From: Eledone cirrhosa
Taxonomy: Eukaryota
DNA length: 64,000 bases
Assembly: GCA_964016885.1 (NCBI GenBank)
Contig: OZ024740.1
Location: 303,614,001-303,678,000, forward strand
Reading direction: 5' to 3'
Positions 29,857-43,292 of the stretch are shown piece after piece (positions within the stretch are counted from its first letter, which is position 1; each line of letters begins with the position of its first letter). The position numbers and the translations under genes were made by a program. The notes under the pieces are model-generated. The model worked only from the letters and a program-made list of their open reading frames with translations, ran no database searches and was not told where the DNA came from.

Positions 29857-29997
29857 CTGTTGTAGGAACCTCGGTGGTGTTATATATACACCCAAATTCA
29901 TCACTGCCATCTTCACAGTCATCTTCAGTGTTGCAAAGCAGACGAATTGAAAGGCATCTGCCACTAGGACAAGCAAATTGTTCTACTCCACAGGAAT
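29857..29997 (-). CDS. LDLa-array gene exon (LDLa repeat 5)
   Basis: ttccag|AT TCC TGT ... ACA ACA G|gtaaga; 141 nt, phase 1-1; [46 protein letters not shown]. Confidence 0.9.
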
Positions 29998-31790
29998 CTG
30001 GAACAAAGTATAAAGTCTTCAACAGAAACAATCTAAACTGGATTCAAGACAGTTTTACATCACATAAACAGCTACTGAATAGTAGAATGTCCAACTCTGT
30101 GTTGCTATTGAAGCTGATGCTATCTTTAACTTCAAGTGTATAGTAAATCTTGGCAGTATCGGTAGAGGGTCGGACGCCATGATTTGACGCATAGAGTTAT
30201 GGCCCTTGCCATTCTGAGTTCAAATCCCGCCGAGGTTAACTTTGCCTTTCAGCCTTACGGGGTTGATAAAATAAAGTACCAGTAATCATCATTTCATCAT
30301 TTCATTTTACGTCCACTTTTCCCTGTTTGCAAGGGTGGGACGGGAACTGATTCTGGCTTGATTTCTACAGCTGGATGCCCTTCCTAACACCAACCTCATT
30401 TTCAGTGAGTGCTGGGTGCTTTTTTGCCGTGGCACCTCCACGACCACTTTACAGTGGAATGATAGGGACCCCAGTCCCAATCATCTCACTTCTACAGCTG
30501 AGTAAACTGGAGCAATGTGAAATAAAGTGTCTTGCTCAAGGAAACAACATATCTCCCGGTCTGAGAATTGAACTCACAACCTTTCGATTGCAAGGCCAAT
30601 GCTCTAACCACTAAGCCATGTGCCTCCATCTGCACTAGGTAATTGCTGGCCTTGTGTCAAAAGTAGAAACAATTATTAGCATCATTATGACAGTGGTGTG
30701 AAAGCTTAGTGGTTAGAGTGTTGAGCTTACATTCGTAAGGTTGTGAGTTCGAATCCCAGACTTGGTGGTGTGTTGTGTTCTTGAGCAAAACACTTTATTT
30801 TACGGTGCTCCAGTTCACTCAGCTGTAGAAATGAGTCGTGGCATCACTGGTGCCAAGTTGTATTGGCTTTTGCCTTTCCTTTGGACAACATCAGTGGTGT
30901 GGAGAGGGGAGACTGGCCTGCTTGAGTGACTGCTGGTCTTCCACACACTTGGACTTGTGTCTCAGAGGGGAACTTTCTAGGTGCAAAAGAATGGTCATTT
31001 GTGACCGAAGGGGGCCTACGATGAGAGTGCTGGATTTTTAGAGTCTTCACAGCATCAGACAGATTCATAGCAATGTTTTCCCAGTTCTTTATACCTTAAG
31101 TTCAAATCTCATTGAGATTAACTTTTCCTTTCATTCTTTTGGGGTTGATAAAATGCAGTACCAATCAAGTACTAGGGTTGATTTAATCGCATTCCCCTTC
31201 CCCAAATTATGAGCCTAAAGTAAAAATCATTATTAGCATCATTATAAGGACTATTATTGGATAGAAATGTCTATAAAACAGTAAAAAGGACAACTCTTGA
31301 GTCCTAAATATAATAGGGGATTTGGAATAAGCGGTATGGGGGAATCGATAATTTTTCTATGTTGTCTCCATTGATTTTTTTAAAAACCCAAATTAGTCGT
31401 TTAATTTACACATTGAGACACCAACCCATCCTATTTATTTTGTAATGTATGAGATTTCTTTATTTTTTTATTGTCATGTATAATGTTTTTTAATGTATGG
31501 AAAAAATTGTCGCAGGAAGGTTAACACTTAAAATTAAATTTCTTCCGAGATAAATTAGCAAAATTTAATAAGTGAGGGAGGTTGGAAAAAATCTGAAAAA
31601 TTAATAAGTGGGGGTGGGGTGATTATTCAAGACCTAAGAGTTCAAAAATTGGTTCAGATAATGTAATTATTCAAAGGTAATTTCTATCAATGTTGTGCAA
31701 ACAATCTTTGTTTTAAAGCAAAGTAAGTTGATATAACATTTCTGTTAGTTTGTTAGAGACAGTAAAAACATTTTCTAGAGAAATACAAAC

Positions 31791-31934
31791 CTTGAGTGCT
31801 AGAAGCAGGTGTACTGTCTTTCACACATCCAACTTCATCATTGCCACCTTCACAGTCATCAACACCATCACACTGTTTGTCACGATTGACACAGCTTCCA
31901 TCAGAACACATCAACTGGCTTATATTACAGTGTT
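31791..31934 (-). CDS. LDLa-array gene exon (LDLa repeat 4)
   Basis: ttgcag|AA CAC TGT ... ACT CAA G|gtttgt; 144 nt, phase 1-1; HCNISQLMCSDGSCVNRDKQCDGVDDCEGGNDEVGCVKDSTPASSTQ. Confidence 0.88.
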
Positions 31935-32842
31935 CTGCAATAATAAAGAAGACCACAATATAAAGATGGTGGTGGCAGTAGTGGAGGTGGGGATATAGAC
32001 CTGTCCAGCCTCTGTTAGCAGGGAAAGCAGATGTTAAAACGACAATGATGATGATGATGATGAAGACACTAATCTGAGACTGATAAATGGAGGGATTTTC
32101 TTGTTTTCTCCTTACCCACCGTAGAATTTGAACTCAGTATTGCAAGCTAACAAAACATTTATTAATTATACACTGCTTAAAGCAGTACATAAAACAAAGA
32201 TTAAACCTAGCTATATTATACATTAATAGCTAAATATGTGACATCTGAACGAGTATCCTCCACTTTCAACTAACTTAATCTCCACCTCTGGGTATAAGTT
32301 TAGTAAGATATCCTATGTGCTGCTCCTGACCAGGATCTCCACCATCTCTGAAACCTCCCACCAGGCCACCAAGATAAATAAGTAGGAAATAAGTAAATGG
32401 AAGTTAAGTGTTTAACCCTTTAGCATTTATATTACTCTATATATACTGTTGTATTTTTGTGGTAAAGGCTTTATCTTACATAATTATCTCACATAACATC
32501 AAATCTACGAGATTTTGATATTATTCATTTTGAGAACAATACATTAAAATAGGTATGAGTGGCCAGTTATGGCTGGTTTGAACAGAAAGAGGTGAGAAAA
32601 TTCTGGCCAGATATGCCTGGTTTAAATGCTAAATTCATAGTTAAATAGAATTTTCTATCTAATGCAATTGTTGTTGTTTTTTTAAATTGTTTAGTCCAGG
32701 AGTGGGGGGGGGGGGCAACACCTGTGACTCTTTTCAGGATCTCCAAGACCAATGAGATTGAAAGAGGAAAGCATCTTCAAACCAGAATCCTGGCCCATAT
32801 GCTTTCAACAGAGTGTATTTCACTAAAGTCCATGTTGTGGCA

Positions 32843-33046
32843 TTAACCCTTTCATGACTTTAATTAATTAATGGAGAATTTTGAGAGATTTACTAAAATT
32901 ATTAATTATTTTATTACTAAGATAGTAACTTAATGTAAGGTTCTTATATAAAATTATGTTGGACGATTTTTATTTAAATTGGAAACCTTTGAAATGAGTG
33001 GTTTTATTTCATAGAGTCAGAGCCAGTTTGGTAACTAAAGGGTTAA
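32843..33046. mobile_element. Second TTAA-CCCTTT MITE family; related copies at about 25410-25652, 47670-47885 and 50430-50978
   Basis: ttaacccttt...aaagggttaa termini with shared internal ttactaagatagtaacttaatgtaaggttcttatataaa. Confidence 0.65.
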
Positions 33047-33350
33047 ACTGGGCAATGGATTAAGTCTACCACTTAAGTACTCTACAACAGAATTTTAAAC
33101 TCATAATGAAGATTGTTAAAACAAATACCACAAGACATCTCTGCTTTGGACTAGTACTTTTTATTTTATCAACATTTATTCTATCTTATTTTATCAATAG
33201 CTAATGGTATAAATCTTTGAGATTATTTGCAGATCCAATACTAACAAAAGAAAAAGCATGCTGTGTGAGAAAAACATTTATTTCTATTCCAGTAACACAA
33301 GCCATCTGTTTATAATTGTAGATTCAAGTAAAGTAAGTGAATTATATAGA

Positions 33351-35975
33351 CTAGCAGAAAAATCACCCTTCGGGTGGTTTTCTGCTAGCATATGTGGTGT
33401 GTATATTGATATACGCAAATATATATGCACATAGATATAATACGTAAATTGACAATATGCACATAAACTGAACAAAGACTGTGTTACATTTACTTCTGTA
33501 ATCAGTAAAGTAATCCATGATACATTCTAAAAAAAGGCGATAATGGAGATGGAAAAGCGATGAAACTGTTGACGGAAAATGTTCATGAATCTTCACTTGA
33601 GAATGTCGATGGGAAGTTTCAAGCAGTGTATTTGAAAATAGATGCTCCTGGTATGAATGAATGAATTACATTTACCAATATGAAGAGTTGACCTTCGCTA
33701 TATTGTTGTTTTATTGTATTCACATATAGACTTCTTAAGTTTTTGTAGTGTCTCTTTTCTAGCAGTTAAAAAGAAACTGAAATGCATTTCAACTAAAAGA
33801 GAGTGATAGCTGTTTCACATCACTGTAGAATTTCTTTGTAAACACAGTTGTCAGCAAACAGACCCCTTTCATTTAATATTTTTATATTTTCTTTTTTTTG
33901 TAACTCGTGATAATGCAACATACATCTGACCATGTGAGAAAAATTATGTTGGTAGATATACACCTATCTTTTCAAATGTCTGCCCTTGTGCCTTGTTGCA
34001 TGTAAGGGCAAAGGCTGGTTTAACCGGAAATTGCTTGCGAGTAAAGGTGAAAGTTCTTGAGATACATGTGGTATCAACTGATGATGATGTAGCGTGTACC
34101 ATTGCAATGCCCGTTTAGAGGATCCAGATTTCTCAGAAGCATGATGCCTTTCTTCAGTGTAAGTATGTGTGTTGGGAAGCCTGATGGAGAAGTTTGTTGA
34201 TGAACTCAATTGGATATTGCAGTTCATTATCTACTGTATCTTTACGATCTGAGTTCAAATCCCGCCGAGGTTGACTTTGCCTTTCATTCTTACGGGGTCG
34301 ATAAAATAAAGTACCAGTAATGCACTGGGTAATTGCTGGCCTTGTGCCTAAAGTAGAAACAATTATCTACTGTATCAGAGCTTCTGTAGATTATTTCATG
34401 ACCAGGGAACTTGTGGACCATGAACTCATTCACCAATCTTGCTGCATCATTTGTTGGAGTGATATTGGCTCTATTTGCAAGCCATAGTGGGTTTGTGTAG
34501 TTTCCTGGAAGATTTGTATACACAAAATCACACAGTCCAGACACATTACCATATTCCAGACAAAGTTCATTTGGCAGAAGAATTGTGAATGCACCTACAG
34601 TTGGAACAGTTGGAATGTTACCATTTCCCACATCAAGAAGGTAGTTTGCAAACTGTCTTTCATCAGAATCCTCTGCATTAATTAACCGTTGATTGGTTGT
34701 CATCTCCATGATTTCCACATAGTCCCAGAGATAGGATCTCTTGATGGTTGCCTCAACTATTTGTGGTCTAACACCATGACGTACAACTGGGAGAATTTGC
34801 TTCCAGTCACCAGATAGTAATACTGTTAGACCACCAAATGGCTTTTTGCAATCTCGAACATCTTTGAAGCTCTTGTCGAGGCATTCAAAGATATGCTTAT
34901 GTCCCATACATATCTCATCAATAATTAGCAGGTCAGCTTGCTGCATAAGTTTACCTGTGCATAAGTTTACTCTTTGCGAAGAAGCAAGTTGATTCAGCAG
35001 TCACATTGAGAGGAATCTTGCACTTGGAATGAAGAGTTCTACCTTTGTGGAGCAAAGTGGTGTTATTCCAGATATGGCAGTGGCAAGTGCAATTTTTTTT
35101 TTTAGATCGGAGGTAATCCAATAGGATGTTTATGACATAGGTCTTTCCTGTACCTGCACTTGCATTCAAGCAGAAAATTCTGCCTTCATTTTCATTTACA
35201 GAGGTGATTACTTTGTGAAAAATAACCAGTTGCTCAGGATTCAATGTTGGCAGAAGTTCATTTATCATTTATGTTTGCTTGCAGCTGGTGTGTATTGAAA
35301 TCAGTTTCTGCCATAAGAACCCTGTTGATTTCTGGTATGGCAACAATAGTTGGGTCTGGCCGAGGAAGTCCATAGTTGGTATGAATGTCCAAGCAATTAT
35401 GTTGAAGTCTTTGTTGGATCTTCTGTAGAACAATCTGCACGGTTTGCATGGACATGACTTGCTCATGACGTTCATGCATGATATCCTCTGCAAGACAATT
35501 ATTCCATTTCTTCCAGAACTGCAGAGGATCATTTGGCATGCTGTACAATAAAATGGTGCAGAAGATCTCTCACAGCTGAGGACCAAGCGAAATGGATGAG
35601 GCCTCTTCCATAGCTTTGTCTTTTTCTCCATCTTCATCTAACAGACTAAGTTTCCTGCCTGTTTCTTGGAATGTTGGAAATTCAACTCCTTCAATTGTCC
35701 TCAAATCTTTGTATGAAGTTGACCTAACCTTGTGATGTAGGATCATCCTGAGGTAATAAAATTCAGATTGATGTCTACTGAGAGATACTGTTGGAATGCG
35801 TCCAAGAGATTCACTCATAAATTGTTGATCACCATCCAGATGTTCCTTTTTTCTTCCTGCCCTTGTTCATACACGACCATTTGTTCCCCAGATAAATGGC
35901 AAGGCAACTTTTCAACTGGCGGTTTTCGATGATGTAATGGAAATTCTCCAGAATGCTTCACTGGCTGATATGTAC
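33351..35975 (-). mobile_element. Decayed Helitron copy 2 (intronic), carrying a SINE insertion
   Basis: Near-identical by eye to copy 1; LLIIDEICMGH and NASAGTGKT motifs; 3' end ctagcagaaaa-ccacccgaagggtg-atttttctgCTAG|T. Confidence 0.9.
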
Positions 35976-36000
35976 AATCTCATTCTACATTGTACAGTTT

Positions 36001-36389
36001 ATATATAATGTCTTTTTTTTAATGTATCATGGATTACATTACTGATTACTTAAGACAGAGTAACACAGTCTTCGTTCAATTTCTGTGTATATTGTCAATT
36101 ACAATTTTATTTGATCATATCTACATGCATATATACTTGTGTATAATATCAATATACACACTACACATGCTAGCAGATATATAATATCGTCTTTTTTTAA
36201 TGTATCATGGATTACGTTACTGATTACAGAAGACAGTGTTACACAGTCTTTGTTCAATTTCTGTGTATATTGTCAATTACGGTTTATTTGATGTATCATA
36301 TCTACATGCATATATACTTGCGTATAATATCAATATACACACTACACATGCTAGCAGAAAAACCACACAAATGGTGGTTTTTCTGCTAG
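36001..36389 (+). mobile_element. Non-autonomous Helitron 3'-end tandem (two units); second copy at about 44862-45246
   Basis: Units match the Helitron 3' region in opposite orientation and end ctagcagaaaaaccac...gtggtttttctgCTAG|T. Confidence 0.75.
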
Positions 36390-38188
36390 TTATATTAAAT
36401 GAGTTTTTAAAAAAAGAGTTAATAAATAAATAAAACGTTATACTTGTTTTACCCTCCCATTTCCAATTAAACTGAACGCTATCATGACTGTGTGTGTGTG
36501 TTTGTGTAAATGTATGTGTGAATGTGTGTATGTTTGTGTGAATGTATGTGTATTTGTGTGAATTATGTCCGTGAGTGTGTATTTTTATAAGTTTGTGTTT
36601 GCATCATTATAGTTATATACTCATACATATAGATGTATGTATGTGCACACTCATACGCATCAGTTGTAGAAAATCATAATCTCTCTATCTCTACTCCCGC
36701 AGCCCTTCCTTTATTATAGTTTAGATGAACTTAATAATCAAAAGTACTTACAGGAAAAATATAGTTGATCGTGTCATTTGGAAATATATTTCAATAATAA
36801 TGTATATAGTGGTTGTGTGTACCATGTGTATATGCATGTGTATGGGTGTGTGCACGCCATGTGTATGGGCATGTGCGCACCATGTGTGTGGGTGTGTGCA
36901 CACCGTGTGTATGGCTGTGTGTGAATATGTATATGCAAATACATATATACACATTAGAATGACATAAAGCTTATAAGCTATCAAGATATGTGTGTTACTT
37001 AAAACTTCTGAGTTCAACTAGTGTATAAAGGACATATGGGCCATCTCTCATCCTACCACTGCATAGCTTTGACATAGTAAGATACTGAATCAACAGAGGA
37101 GCGTCTACATGAAAGTAGAAATAGCAGCCAATTCTCCCTGAAATAATTCTCTACTAACTTAAATAAAGGAAGGACACTAGATAAAGTTATAGACACAACA
37201 CCAAAAAGACAGGATGGACATGGTTAGAATCCATTCGATCATGGGTTTGCTTAATCAGGGTTGATCTGGGGCTAAACAAGAACAACATATGTATATCCAT
37301 ATGCATATGTCGGTGGTATATTTGAAATTAGAAGTTTTGAAAATTCATAAAATGTGCGTATGCTTGTATTCCCATGTGTGTTTTATTGTTTAAACCTGAA
37401 TTTACCTTCATTAGGTGAACCTACGATGATGGGTGTTTCAGCCAATGACCATCCTGTGTTGATTAAGAGAGATTTGACTGTCATTTCTAGCAGACCAAGT
37501 GACCATGTAGAGGTTCCCTTATTAACTCAAGTTTGTATAAATAACATGATGTGTTATGAGAGAGAAAGTGATGTTAGGTCAGCATGGCAGGATAGCATTT
37601 GAGACTGTTCCATGTCTGATCACAGCTAAAATAAACCATGTCTATGAAACTATATTGATTCTGCTTGGCCATTCAGAAAGTTGAGACATTTCAGGTAGCT
37701 CCAACCAGTATGAAACAACTAAGGATACAATTTCTCCAAGTGCATTTAGGAAATGAGGTTAGGCTTATATATTTTTTTTATTACAAGCTATTTCAATGTC
37801 CAATAATCAAGATACCTAGGAAGGTTAGGATTACCAGTAGCATAATTTTCTGGCAGAGGAGGTGGCTTCTTTGTAGAAGAAGGTGTAGCTTATGGTTAAG
37901 CTGCAGTGGATACCAAACAAGGTTCATACCATTAAATGGAAGATATGTTAGTGAAGTATTTAAAAATTAGTGAAGTTGACCAGCTAGATGCAAGGGAAAA
38001 TAGGAAATTGTCACTGACACATTGGTGCCTTGTAAAAAAATACCTGCATGAAGACAAAAACAAACAGACTTTGTATCCTCTTAAAACATTATGTGACAAG
38101 CACATAAACACTTGGCAAAAGCGTCCCAAGAGATTGTTTGTCACCCTGATGGCATAGAAAGAAGAAAAAGAAAAACAGATTAACTTAC

Positions 38189-38335
38189 CTGCTGTTGAAG
38201 TTGATGAAAGAGTTGTTAATTCATGACATTCAGCCTCATCATAGCCATCAGGACAATCATTTTCACCATCACAGTGCCATTCTCGAGGAATACAGGTATT
38301 ATTTGTACAAGGGAACTGGTCAATATAACACCTGG
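38189..38335 (-). CDS. LDLa-array gene exon (LDLa repeat 3); absent from the ORF track
   Basis: ctttctag|CC AGG TGT ... ACA GCA G|gtaagt; 147 nt, phase 1-1; [48 protein letters not shown]. Confidence 0.9.
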
Positions 38336-38403
38336 CTAGAAAGTCAATATGGTATTAAGTCTTGGAATGTTTTGTTTATTTAAGAAATAAAGGAACCAGA
38401 GTT

Positions 38404-38447
<44 letters not shown>

Positions 38448-39594
38448 TGTCAGATGTGAAGTAAAAATGGAACTTATTATCAACTTAACTGAATTAAGCT
38501 GGCAAATTACATATAAAAATGACAAGATAGCCTACACTGGCATCGCATGGTCCTATAACTCCTGGGGGATTCGTAGGGTCACTGTAGTGATATACAGCAT
38601 GTCTTGGGTACATTTTTAAAAGCCCGGCAAAGCTCATCTCCTCCCCAGGTCTGCACACAGCAGATTTTTTCCAGAAAAGGAGAGAGAAGAAGTGAGAAAG
38701 AGATACAGAGGACGAATCGACCCCAGTACTAGACTGGTACTTTTTTTTATCGACCTCAAAAGGATGAAAAGCAAAGTTAACTTCAGCAGGATTTGAACTC
38801 AGAGAGCCGGAATGCCACAAAGAACTCTGTCTGACGTTCTAACATCTCTGCTAATTCACTGCCTACACTGACAATACTAATAACATTGAAAGGTGCATTA
38901 AAACATAGTATACTGAAAATAATTTATGTAAATACAGTTGAAATCTTAAAGTTTTTTAGTTCTTAGTTATAGTAGAAAGGTCTGAAATAAGGGTTATAAA
39001 CAGTGTCTAGAACCTTTAATGAAATATATATCATTCAAAAGCATATTGGCTGAAAAACAAATTTGTCAAAAGTCATTCATAGAAAAACATATTTGTAAAA
39101 GAAAACAAAATGGTTGAAAGAGGAGTTGATAAAAGAAAAGATGGTATATTCATCAAAATATTGATATTTTTCAAAGAAATATATAAATACAATTATAAAT
39201 CATTATTGGGCCTATATAATTAACATCTTTACATTAATTTGATTACTGTAAATATGAATTTCACATCTGATCACAAAAGGGATTGATAAAATAAATACTG
39301 AACTTGAACATATAAACACTGATGTTAATGTGATTGACTAAATTAAGGTGGTGCTCCAGCATAGCAACAGTCTAATGACTGAAACAAGTAAACAGAAAAA
39401 TAGAATTAAAATAAAAGAGAAAATCTTACATTGTATATATAGAAAAATATAAATGTGTCAACCACTACACTGAGATGCTACCATATGAATGAAGTATGAT
39501 TGAAACTTAAAAGAAAAGGTTAGTGGTAGGAGATTTTCCATTATTTCTATAACACACTTGGATTCAAATTTGAGTGAACTGCTTTTTTTATAGA

Positions 39595-40545
39595 TTGTAT
39601 AACCCGGACAGCATCTCATCAGACCAGGGACCTTAATTCACCTCAAAGCTGTGGAATGACATGTGTAAGCGTTTTGGCATAAACATGAGACATGCAACAG
39701 CTTATCATCCCCAAGCCATTGGAGTGATTCTACTGTCACTTAAAGGAGTCCCTCATCACTAGACTTAACAAGCCCAACTGGATCAACCAACTTCCATGGG
39801 GAATTTGGAGAATTTCAAGGCCCCAAAGGAAAACCTTAACTCTTCATCCACAAAAATGGTGTATGGCACTCCTCTTACTGTACTTAGTGAATTCATTCTA
39901 AACATGAAGTCAGACCATGATGCAAAAAAGTAACTTGAATAGCTGAGAGATAACCTAACCCAGTTATGCCTGACCCCAACGTCAATGCACAGAACACCAA
40001 AGTCCTCAATTTCAAATGATTTTCAAAAAGAAAAGTTTATGTTTATTTGTTATGATGCCCACTGGAAACCCCTTTAGTCACCTTCTAATGGACCATATGA
40101 AGTGATTCATTCAGGAGACAAGTCATTTCAATTCCTGATTGGAGGCTGACAAGACATGATTTCTATTGATAGATTGAAACCAGCCCTTCTTGACATGAAC
40201 AGCCTTGTCCAAGTAGCTCAACCACCAAATAGAGGCCATTATAGGCAAGTCACACCAACCCCTGCCGATGAACGGTCATCAAAGAACCATAGAACAAGTG
40301 GTGAAAACACCTTATTGGTTCCAATAACACTCTACAGTTATGAGGGAGCTATGTAGAGCATTAACTGCAAACTTATAAAGGTCGAAAAGTGATTAGATGT
40401 TCTATTAACTGTTCATTCACTGCAGACTTAATATTTAACTGTGCAATAGAAAAGCTTCCCAGAAGGTTTTGTTATATGAGCCAGACACTGGAGATAGTTT
40501 TCTCCTTAGGTCCATCAATATTTATTCTTCAATAAATAAATAATT
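39595..40545 (+). mobile_element. Gypsy-type LTR retrotransposon remnant (integrase + start of 3' LTR)
   Basis: ISSDQG..FTSKLW..MCKRFGI...TAYHPQA and GPYEVI...ISIDRLKPA; purine tract gagggagc then TGTAG at about 40352; cut off by Helitron copy 3. Confidence 0.75.
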
Positions 40546-40549
40546 TATA

Positions 40550-43292
40550 CTAGCAGAAGTTTTCTGCTAGCATATATAGTGTTTATATTGATATACGCAA
40601 ATATATATGCACATAGATATAATACGTAAATTGACAATATGCACATAAACGGAACAAAGACCGTTACATTTACTTCTGTAATCAGTAAAGTAATCCATGA
40701 TACATTTTAAAAAAAGGCGATAATGGAGATGGAAAAGCGATGAAACTGTTGACGGAAAATGTTCATGAATCTTCATTTGAGAATGTCGATGGGAAGCTTC
40801 AAGCAATGAATTTGAAAATAGATGCTGCTGGTATGAATGAATGAATTACATTTACCAATATGAAGAGTTGACCTTCGCTATATTGTTGTTTTATTGTATT
40901 CACATATAGACTTCTTAAGTTTTTGTAGTGTCTCTTTTCTAGCAGTTAAAAAGAAACTGAAATGCATTTCAACTAAAAGAGAGTGATAGCTGTTTCACAT
41001 CACTGTAGAATTTCTTTGTAGACACAGTTGTCAGCAAACAGACTCCTTTCATTTAATATTTTTATATTTTCTTTTTTTGTAACTCGTGATAATACAACAT
41101 ACATCTGACCATGTGAGAAGAATTGTGTTGGTAGATATACACCTATCTTTTCAAATGTCTGCTCTTGTGCCTTGTTGCATGTAAGGGCAAAGGCTGGTTT
41201 GAAAGGAAATTGCTTGCAAGTTAAGGTGAAAGGGAACTCAAACTCTTGAGATACATGTGGTATCCTTGGGATTAGCAACCTTGTTCCAGCATTGGAACCC
41301 AATGCCACCTCAGCTTCAATTATATGATTATGTAAACTGTTGATGATGTAGCGTGTACCATTGCAATGCTCGTTTAGAGGAATCAGATTTATGATGCAAC
41401 TGCCTTTCTTCAGTTTAATTATGTGTTGGGAAGCCTGATGGGGTAAGTTTGTTGCTGAACTCAATCGGATATTGCAGTTCATTATCTACTGTATCAGAGC
41501 TTCTGTAGATTATTTCATGACCAGGGAACTTGTTGACCATGAACTCATTCACCAATCTTGATATTGGCTCTATTTGCAAGCCATAGTGGGTTTGTGTAGT
41601 TTCCTGGAAGATTTGTATACACAAAATCACACAGTCCAGACACATTACCATATTCCAGACAAGGTTCATTTGGCAGAAGAATTGTGATGAATGCACCTAC
41701 AGTTGGAGCAGTTGGAATGTTACCATTTCCCACATCAAGATGGTAGTTTGCAAACTGTCATTCATCAGAATCCTCTGCATTAAGTAACCGTTGATTGGTT
41801 GTCATCTCTATGGTTTCCACATAGTCCCAGAAATAGGATTTCTTGATGATTGTCTCAACATGACGTTCATGCATGATATCCTCTGCAAGACAATTATTCC
41901 ATTTCTCCCAGAACTGCAGAGGGTCGTTTGGCATGCTGTACAATTAAATGGTGCAGAAGATCTCTTGCAGCTGAGGACCAAGTGTAATGGATGAGGCCTC
42001 TTCCATAGCTTTGTCTTTTTCTCCATCTTCATCTAATAGACCAAGTTTCCTGCATGCTTCTTGGAATGTTGGAAATTCAACTCTTTCAATTGTCCTCAAA
42101 TCTTTGTATGAAGTTGACCTAGCCCTGTAATGTAGGATCATCCTGAGGTAATATAATTCAGATTGATGTCTACTGAGAGATACTGTTGGAATACGTTCAA
42201 GAGATTCACTCATAAATTGTTGATCACCATCAAGATGTCTCTTTTTTCTTCTTTGCCACTTTTTGTTTGTCCAAGTGAAATATTTAGGAATATCAATATA
42301 CAATATGTTTTGTGCCAGTGGGTCATTAATATTCAGTTGAAAATATTCCGTCAACTTAGTCATTGGCTGTCCCCTAGAAACAATACTTTCTTCCTGCCCT
42401 CGCTCATACATGACCATTTGTTCCCCAGATAAATGGCAAGGTAATGTTCAACTGGCGGTTTTTGATGATGTAATGGAAATTTATAGATTCTCCAGAATGC
42501 TTCACTGGCTGAGATGTACTGTGCATTGATATAGGTCTCAATCTCATTTTGGCCAGGGACACAATTTCCTTGATCATCCTTAATAGTGAAAGTGATCTTG
42601 TCTGATCCTTTCGTGATGTACTTATATAAGTACTTAACAGCCTTGACACTGTGGACAACCTCACAATTGATGTGGCACTGATATCTCAATGAGAGGAAAG
42701 GGTTGTATGGAACAATCCAACGATTATCACCAGTAAATTCCTCACCTATAAGTTGGATTGTATGGGTGTGACCACCATGCTGTCTATCCCTTCTATTCTC
42801 CAGAAAGGAATTTTCAGCAACAAATATGATTTGTCTGAATGCCTTGAGTTAACTTTTTGAGCAATGGCGTTGTTGTCCTAGCCCTTCCATACATGAGCAC
42901 ATCATATTAGTTTGTCCATATGGGCCATGAATGTTGCAGGATATGATGATCTTATGCAGAATTGGATTGGTCTCTTTATCAGGAATCTCACAGTACACTA
43001 CCTGATCAATGGCATCAGCAGTTTGGGGTTTGCTAACTTCAGCCGTTATCAGCAGAATATGAGCATGAGTGAGGCCTCATTTTCTGCCACTCTATTGTAG
43101 CAGAATGAGCCACAACTTTTCCTAGGATATTTTTATTCAGTATGTCATGAGGCTGTCATACTTGATCTTGAAGACTCTTGCACAAATATCAGGACGGTCT
43201 CTAGATTCTTCACGAGGGTGCAAACTATTTTTTATTTCATCCCAGTTAGGGTTAGTTGTTACTGTGATGAAATAAGATGGCTTTCCCATATA
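40550..43292 (-). mobile_element. Decayed Helitron copy 3 (intronic), retaining Rep motifs
   Basis: YGKPSYFITVTTNPNWDEI (motif 1), GLTHAHILL (HUH), KYLYKYITKG (Y2) and the PIF1 C-terminus; CTAG terminus at 40550 with the hairpin loop deleted. Confidence 0.9.
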
